The notes below the pieces were generated by a model, which worked only from the letters and a program-made list of their open reading frames with translations, had not been told where the DNA came from and made no database searches. A DNA stretch of 32,000 bases from Acaryochloris marina S15 (GTDB taxonomy: Bacteria; Cyanobacteriota; Cyanobacteriia; Thermosynechococcales; Thermosynechococcaceae): positions 5,250,001 to 5,282,000 of the forward strand of contig NZ_CP064923.1 in NCBI RefSeq assembly GCF_018336915.1, written 5' to 3'. The position numbers and the translations under genes were made by a program. Below, piece by piece: positions 25,990 to 32,000 of the stretch. Every line of letters starts with the position of its first letter. Positions within the stretch are counted from its first letter, which is position 1.

Positions 25990-27390
25990 GTGATTACTCT
26001 AACGCTCTTGCATCCTGTTCAATCCACTCCCGTTCAAAGTTGGAGCTTTGAGCAAGATCCAGTCATCCGCATTGGTCGAGCTGTGGACAACCATGTTGTG
26101 CTTTACAGTGCAGTTGTCTCCCGTTATCACGTCGAACTTCGACAAACGGGCGCCCAGTGGGAAGTCGTCAACATCGGTACAAATGGCACCTACTTGGACG
26201 GCAAACGCGTTCATCAAGCCCCTTTGGCAGATGGCAACATCATGCGCCTCGCCCGTTCTGGCCCTAATATTCAAATCCATATTGATGAAAGTGGGAGTAG
26301 TGGCAGTAAGTATAGTCAACCTGATGTGACGGCTGCTCCCAACTCACCCAGCATCCAGGCCCAACCCCCACAACCCCAAGGCGCTGCTCCTCCTTCAGCA
26401 GAGATGAGTCCCTCACTGCAGAATGCCGAAGAAGGCTTTCGAGTGACGGGCCAGACGCCCTTTCCTAAACACCCTCAAGATGAACAGAGTCGCTTTCAGT
26501 ATCCCTGTACGAATGACGGATCAAAACCTGCTGCCAACTGTCAAAATTCACCTGCGAACAAGGGATCGTTGGTTTGTACCGATTGTGGTTTACCGCTCAA
26601 AGTCTGGCGACAAATCGGCCAATACCATATTCTTAAGCCTCTAGGGACCGGGGATAATACTTTTATTGCCTGGCGGGATGGTCACATGGTGGTGCTCAAA
26701 ACCCTCCAACAGGAGTGGCTGGACCATGAAGATGCGTTGATCGCCTTCCAAGACCAAGCAGCTCAGCTCTGTCAGACCAGTCATCCCGGAATTCCTAAAA
26801 TCTACGAAGCATTTGAGATAGAGGGACAACCTTATCTCGTCAGTGAGATGATCTATGGGCAAAATCTTAAGCAATGGGTGACGGAGCGAGGTCCCCTATC
26901 CCAGGAACAGACCATCTTGTGGATTTCAGATATTTGTGAAGTTTTAGATTATCTACATCAACAGTCCCCGGCTATTATTCACCGCAATCTCAAACCAGCC
27001 AATTTTTTGCGCCCTACCATTCCCCATGGTTTCAAGGAAGTGGTCTTGGTTAATTTTGGCGAGATGCAGCTTCTGAGCCCTGAAGCAGGCACATTCATTG
27101 GTTCTGTGGGCTACACGGCACCCGAGTTACAAGCCGGTAAAGCAGCGCCAGCCTCCGATCTCTATGCCTTAGGCGCGACTTTGGTTTACATTTTGACCGG
27201 GCAAGAACCCGATGCCTTTTACCGATTGGGAGATGAAGAATTTCGACTCCATGTCGAAGATGTTCCTCGACTCAGCCCAGAGATGGCAGATGTGATCCAA
27301 CGCCTCACCCATCCACAACCCCAAAACCGCTATTCCTCTGCATCTCAAGTCGCTGAAGCCATGAGAGAACTGCTACCGGCACCGATTTGA
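25990..27390 (+). CDS. FHA domain / Cys-cluster / Ser-Thr protein-kinase-like domain; predicted pseudokinase
   Basis: GTG start 4 nt after the upstream stop. The N-terminal FHA is IRIGRAVDNHVVL..VSRYHVEL...NIGTNGTYLDG. The Cys cluster is CTND..C...CTDCG. The kinase fold is present (VVLK, APE, DLYALG) but has HRNLKPAN in place of HRD (AAT at 26986..26988), NFG in place of DFG (AAT at 27052..27054), and a degenerate Gly loop LGTGDNT. Confidence 0.8.
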   Translation: MITLTLLHPVQSTPVQSWSFEQDPVIRIGRAVDNHVVLYSAVVSRYHVELRQTGAQWEVVNIGTNGTYLDGKRVHQAPLADGNIMRLARSGPNIQIHIDESGSSGSKYSQPDVTAAPNSPSIQAQPPQPQGAAPPSAEMSPSLQNAEEGFRVTGQTPFPKHPQDEQSRFQYPCTNDGSKPAANCQNSPANKGSLVCTDCGLPLKVWRQIGQYHILKPLGTGDNTFIAWRDGHMVVLKTLQQEWLDHEDALIAFQDQAAQLCQTSHPGIPKIYEAFEIEGQPYLVSEMIYGQNLKQWVTERGPLSQEQTILWISDICEVLDYLHQQSPAIIHRNLKPANFLRPTIPHGFKEVVLVNFGEMQLLSPEAGTFIGSVGYTAPELQAGKAAPASDLYALGATLVYILTGQEPDAFYRLGDEEFRLHVEDVPRLSPEMADVIQRLTHPQPQNRYSSASQVAEAMRELLPAPI

Positions 27391-27410
27391 GTAAGCGATA
27401 ATAAAACGCT

Positions 27411-28127
27411 TCAATGCCTGGTGGATAGTTGTCCCATGGTAGTTTGCACTCTCATGCTAATTTGTATCGCCTGATGAATAACCTGTTGATACTCCTGGGC
27501 CTTCTCTTGCACCTCTAAGGCTTGCAGGGCTATCAGCGCTTGGTCTAAGTCTTGCCCTAAGGTTTGATGGCGGTGAAGAAGGCGGCGATGGCGGCGGATC
27601 TGAGTCTCTAGGGTTAAGGCAGTAACTAAATGGGTCCGACTCACCTGTAAGGCTGACAAAATGGATGTTAGATCTTCCACTTGAGTCGATGGATGGGCTT
27701 GGGTCAAACCCTTGAGAACCATCACAGTCTCCACAAGCTGATTGTATTGGTCGATGTCATCCAGCATATGCATCAGGATGCGGAAGGTGCGAGTCCGATG
27801 CCATAGATAGAAGTGCCAGCCAGAGAACATCAGCGTTGTTGCGGTGGCCGTCACCTGGAGAAATCGGTGGGTTTGTTGAGGGGCTGAATCCCGTAAGGTA
27901 ATGAGTCCGATGGGCACAGACAGCATACCGATGAAGGCTAACATAATCATCTCTACACTGAAGATATGCAGCCAATATTGCGGTTGATGCCAGGCAGAAC
28001 GGCGGTATACCCCTCCGAATAAACTCCCTACCCACCAACCATTGGTGATAAAGCCTGTTTGGGATTCAATATCTTCAGTCGTTAACTGTAAAGTTTGTAG
28101 TTTTTCAAAATCAGGGAGATGACTCAT
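27411..28127 (-). CDS. Hypothetical membrane protein with two TM helices and a long C-terminal coiled coil
   Basis: The TM helices are IFSVEMIMLAFIGMLSVPIGLI and TATATTLMFSGWHFYLW. The C-terminus is Gln/His/Arg-rich and helical. The start is moved to ATG 28127, 5 nt after the upstream stop; the track start at 28184 would overlap by 52 nt. Confidence 0.55.
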   Translation of the reverse strand: MSHLPDFEKLQTLQLTTEDIESQTGFITNGWWVGSLFGGVYRRSAWHQPQYWLHIFSVEMIMLAFIGMLSVPIGLITLRDSAPQQTHRFLQVTATATTLMFSGWHFYLWHRTRTFRILMHMLDDIDQYNQLVETVMVLKGLTQAHPSTQVEDLTSILSALQVSRTHLVTALTLETQIRRHRRLLHRHQTLGQDLDQALIALQALEVQEKAQEYQQVIHQAIQISMRVQTTMGQLSTRH

Positions 28128-28132
28128 GGGCT

Positions 28133-28831
28133 TTATCCGGCACCCTGCATCAGATTTGCGATCGCATCGAGGACACCGGTCCAAAAGTTACCTTCCCGAG
28201 ATCGAAACAGCTCAAAGGCTCCTGGCGAACCAAAAAAGGGGCGCAAGGTCCAGCCCAACTGACTACCGACAAACCCATACAGACAAAGCCAAAAACGCAG
28301 CACCGTAGAGCGGAGTTGCACATTAGTATCCGTATCGGACTGGGCCACAGGACGCATGGCCTGGTAGAGGAAAGACACCCCAAACATGCCCGTAAGGGCA
28401 AAAACCACCACATTCAGCAGCAGATAAAACGAATAATCCTGCACGGGAGAAATGGTGATCACGAAAAACAAAGTAATCGGGGCAAAGCCCACGAGCAGTA
28501 AGGCAATGACGGCAGCCGCACTCAACACATAGGTGAAATGCTGAGCAATGGTTTGGCGAGATCCAAACAAGGCATTAAACACATACAGGGCAGGCAAACA
28601 AACCAGTAAGGTGATCAGGTAAAGGGTCGGCAGTTTTAAGCCTGAAGACAGGGCTTGCAGCGGACTGTGAAAGGAGCCGACGATAGCGCCATAGGTGGCA
28701 AAACTACAAAAACTACAGATCAGCAGGGCGGAAATTTTGACCGATAATCGCTTTCCCTCATGAATTTCTTGGAGAAAGGTTTGTCGGTCTTTGAGCAGGG
28801 CAATAAAAATAGCAACAGCGTTCATAGACAA
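28133..28831 (-). CDS. Hypothetical multi-pass membrane protein with 5-6 TM helices and a Yip1-like topology
   Basis: Hydrophobic segments recur throughout (ISALLICSFCSFATYGAIVG, LYLITLLVCLPALYVF, AAAVIALLLVGFAPITLFFVI, LLLNVVVFALTGMFGVSFL, LRFWLCLYGFVGSQLGW). No catalytic motif recognised. Confidence 0.6.
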   Translation of the reverse strand: MSMNAVAIFIALLKDRQTFLQEIHEGKRLSVKISALLICSFCSFATYGAIVGSFHSPLQALSSGLKLPTLYLITLLVCLPALYVFNALFGSRQTIAQHFTYVLSAAAVIALLLVGFAPITLFFVITISPVQDYSFYLLLNVVVFALTGMFGVSFLYQAMRPVAQSDTDTNVQLRSTVLRFWLCLYGFVGSQLGWTLRPFFGSPGAFELFRSREGNFWTGVLDAIANLMQGAG

Positions 28832-28885
28832 GGAAGCAAGGGCAGCGTGAAAGTAAGCTCAGCCTAGCTTTGCCACTTCTGTCCT

Positions 28886-28940
28886 GTCAGTCGGCTGAAG
28901 TCGGGAGTTTTTTGGGAAAAAGTCGGGTCAGGTCGGGTTG
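28886..28940. promoter_or_regulatory. Four phased copies of (A)GTCGG(G) between the TPR gene and the downstream membrane-protein gene
   Basis: GTCGG starts at 28890, 28900, 28922 and 28932, giving spacings of 10, 22 and 10 bp. A T6-GGG-A5 tract lies between the two pairs. On the transcribed minus strand the motif reads CCCGAC. Confidence 0.3.
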
Positions 28941-28957
28941 ATGGCCCAGACTGGCCC

Positions 28958-30259
28958 TTATCTCATATGTTCTTCCAGGTTTAGAATCACGGTTTCCAAG
29001 TACCACTCTTCGGAGCGCCCGGGATATTGTGACTTCGTACTCCGCACAATCCCCCGCGCTAAATCTTGGTTACCACCCAGTAATTCCAGGAGTCGTTGCC
29101 ATAAGCGCTCATGCTGGGTTTGCGGAGGTTTAGGTGGAGCACCATGAGATTCGGTCTGGGCAGGAGGTTGCAGCTTATTGAGTTGGGCTAACACCTGCTG
29201 ATAATTGAACCATTCTTCTTGAGCACAAAACAGGCTAATGGCCCGCTGATAATCGGCAATGGCTTGAGGATTTTCCTGCATCCCCGCATAGGTCAGGCCG
29301 CGCTGATAAAAGGCATCGGCGTTGTTGCTATTCAGGCGTAAAGCTTCGGCATAGTCTTCGATAGCTCCCAGATTATGTCCAATTCCTCGGTAGGCATTGC
29401 CCCTGGCGACATAGGCGTCACTATCTTCAGGGGATAAGAATAAGGCCTGGTTGCAGTCAGAAATCGCCCCTTGGGGATCCTTGAGATTCAGGCGGGCCTT
29501 GCTCCGTCCTCGATAGGTAATAGCATCTTCAAATTTGAGGGTGAGAGCCTGGTTGAAATCTGCGACCGCAGCTTGGTAGTTGCCTTGTTTACAGTAGACC
29601 AATCCCCTGCAGCAATAAGCTTTGCCATCCTGTGGATCGGCCTGCAAGACCCAATTAATGTCCGAGAGAGCCTGACTGAGCTGGCCGATTTTGGCCCGAT
29701 CGAGGATTTGCGTAAAGTAATCTTTTTCCGATAGGGGGGGTGGCACTGCGGGTGCCTTTGTGATTGGAGCAGTAGGATTAGGCGTTTTTGGCCGAATTTC
29801 TTCGATCTTGTCGATGCATTGACGTGCTCCATCCGCATCTTTTTGATCGAGATAGAGTCCTGAAGCCACTTTAAAATCTGAGATCGCAGCTTGGATATCT
29901 CCTTGCTTGCGATGGACAATACCGCGCAGTTTATGGGCGGCAGCATAGGTGCGATCGCAACCAATCGCCAGCTCAACATCAGCCATCGTCCCAGGCACAT
30001 TTTTCAAGGAGAGTCGTGCTAGGGCGCGGCAGTAATAGGCTTTGGCTGATTTAGAGTCAATCTCTAGAGCCTTACCATAGTCTTCAATCGCGGCATAGAC
30101 ATTGCCAGAATCGTAGTGGGCCAACCCTCGTTGGCAGTAGGCATCTACGGAAAATGGCTCAGATTCCAGGACTTGGGTAAAGGTTGCGATCGCATCTGCG
30201 TATTGCTTTTGCCGAAGTTGCGCTTGTCCTTGTTGAAATAACGGGGCACTCATGGGCAC
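28958..30259 (-). CDS. Tetratricopeptide-repeat (TPR) protein with a non-TPR C-terminal tail of about 60 aa
   Basis: At least 8 TPR units show the recurrent A..Y/F..A...P pattern (for example AIEDYGKALEIDSKSAKAYYCRALA, AVADFNQALTLKFEDAITYRGRS, AIADYQRAISL). A Pro-rich spacer sits mid-protein. Confidence 0.85.
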   Translation of the reverse strand: MPMSAPLFQQGQAQLRQKQYADAIATFTQVLESEPFSVDAYCQRGLAHYDSGNVYAAIEDYGKALEIDSKSAKAYYCRALARLSLKNVPGTMADVELAIGCDRTYAAAHKLRGIVHRKQGDIQAAISDFKVASGLYLDQKDADGARQCIDKIEEIRPKTPNPTAPITKAPAVPPPLSEKDYFTQILDRAKIGQLSQALSDINWVLQADPQDGKAYCCRGLVYCKQGNYQAAVADFNQALTLKFEDAITYRGRSKARLNLKDPQGAISDCNQALFLSPEDSDAYVARGNAYRGIGHNLGAIEDYAEALRLNSNNADAFYQRGLTYAGMQENPQAIADYQRAISLFCAQEEWFNYQQVLAQLNKLQPPAQTESHGAPPKPPQTQHERLWQRLLELLGGNQDLARGIVRSTKSQYPGRSEEWYLETVILNLEEHMR

Positions 30260-30644
30260 TCTGATGATGATGCAATGTAGACCTCAAAACAACGGGTTAC
30301 ACCGCTGGACGGGATTAATATCCTAACTAATAACCTCAACCCCTACCGTTGTCTTGAGTGATTTCATTTATGTTGGCAGATTTTGGGTAGCAGAAAATCT
30401 CCAATCCTTTTACGAAAATTTTCTTAACTCAACCTGAGTTCGGTTTTTACTTCTAGAGATCCTTACAACTTCGCGTCAAGATACTTTACAATCAGCAATA
30501 TTGCCCTGGGCATAATTAACAAAGACTTTAGAAGTTTAATACAAAGTTTTTTGGTCGCCCGCCCTTGCTACACGGGCAATCTAACAGTCATCCATCCCCT
30601 GATGGTTTGTCAAAGCTTGTAGCACTATCCCTTAGAGAAGAAAG

Positions 30645-32000
<1,356 letters not shown>

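Noticed and set aside
27392-27413. A short AAGCG...CGCTT hairpin between the convergent pseudokinase and membrane-protein genes, as a possible bidirectional terminator
   Set aside because: It has only a 5-bp stem with a 9-nt AT loop and no clear U-tract. This is too weak to call.
28128-28184. The track start of the 27411 gene, which overlaps the upstream gene by 52 nt (MDRCPRCDRKSDAGCRIKP...)
   Set aside because: The internal ATG at 28127 gives a 5-nt intergenic gap. The extension is only the out-of-frame 3' end of the upstream gene. The CxxC in the extension is tempting, so the longer form cannot be fully excluded.
29488-30000. A 170-aa alternative-frame ORF on the same strand as the TPR gene, and an 87-aa plus-strand ORF at 29471..29734
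   Set aside because: They lie wholly inside the TPR ORF, whose repeats are clearly in the other frame.

Overview
This window looks like core chromosome of a cyanobacterium, not a mobile or defence island. The evidence is 13 exact copies of the HIP1 octamer GCGATCGC, the photosystem II cluster rubA-ycf48-psbEFLJ, petM, a ValRS carrying a CAAD membrane-anchor insertion, and a PanC-Cmk fusion. I call about 35 protein genes. Reading by eye, I found no tRNA, rRNA, CRISPR array, transposase, integrase or recognisable defence gene. Seven genes are absent from the supplied ORF track and were read directly from the sequence. Two run off the window edges: rbgA/ylqF (1..210, minus) and an EF-G paralog (30645..32000, plus). 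Five are below the size cut-off: psbF, psbL, psbJ, a PetM-like peptide and a 34-aa single-TM peptide. Several track ORFs needed start corrections: valS, the FKBP gene, the protease, psbE (TTG start), the zinc-ribbon membrane protein and the 27411 gene. The best candidate for an undescribed system is a tightly coupled gene pair at 25218..27390. It encodes a FraH-like double-zinc-ribbon/Pro-rich/FHA protein followed by an FHA/zinc-ribbon/pseudokinase in which the three catalytic carboxylates are all replaced by amides. This pair converges on a three-gene TPR plus membrane-protein operon (27411..30259) that contains a helically phased GTCGG repeat array. Other points of interest are a secreted tandem retropepsin-like protein, a palindrome-rich AT-rich 0.6-kb spacer upstream of an orphan 520-aa protein, a 698-aa flavoprotein with unknown terminal domains, and a candidate small membrane peptide facing psbEFLJ. 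All functional calls rest on motif recognition by eye; no database search was possible.
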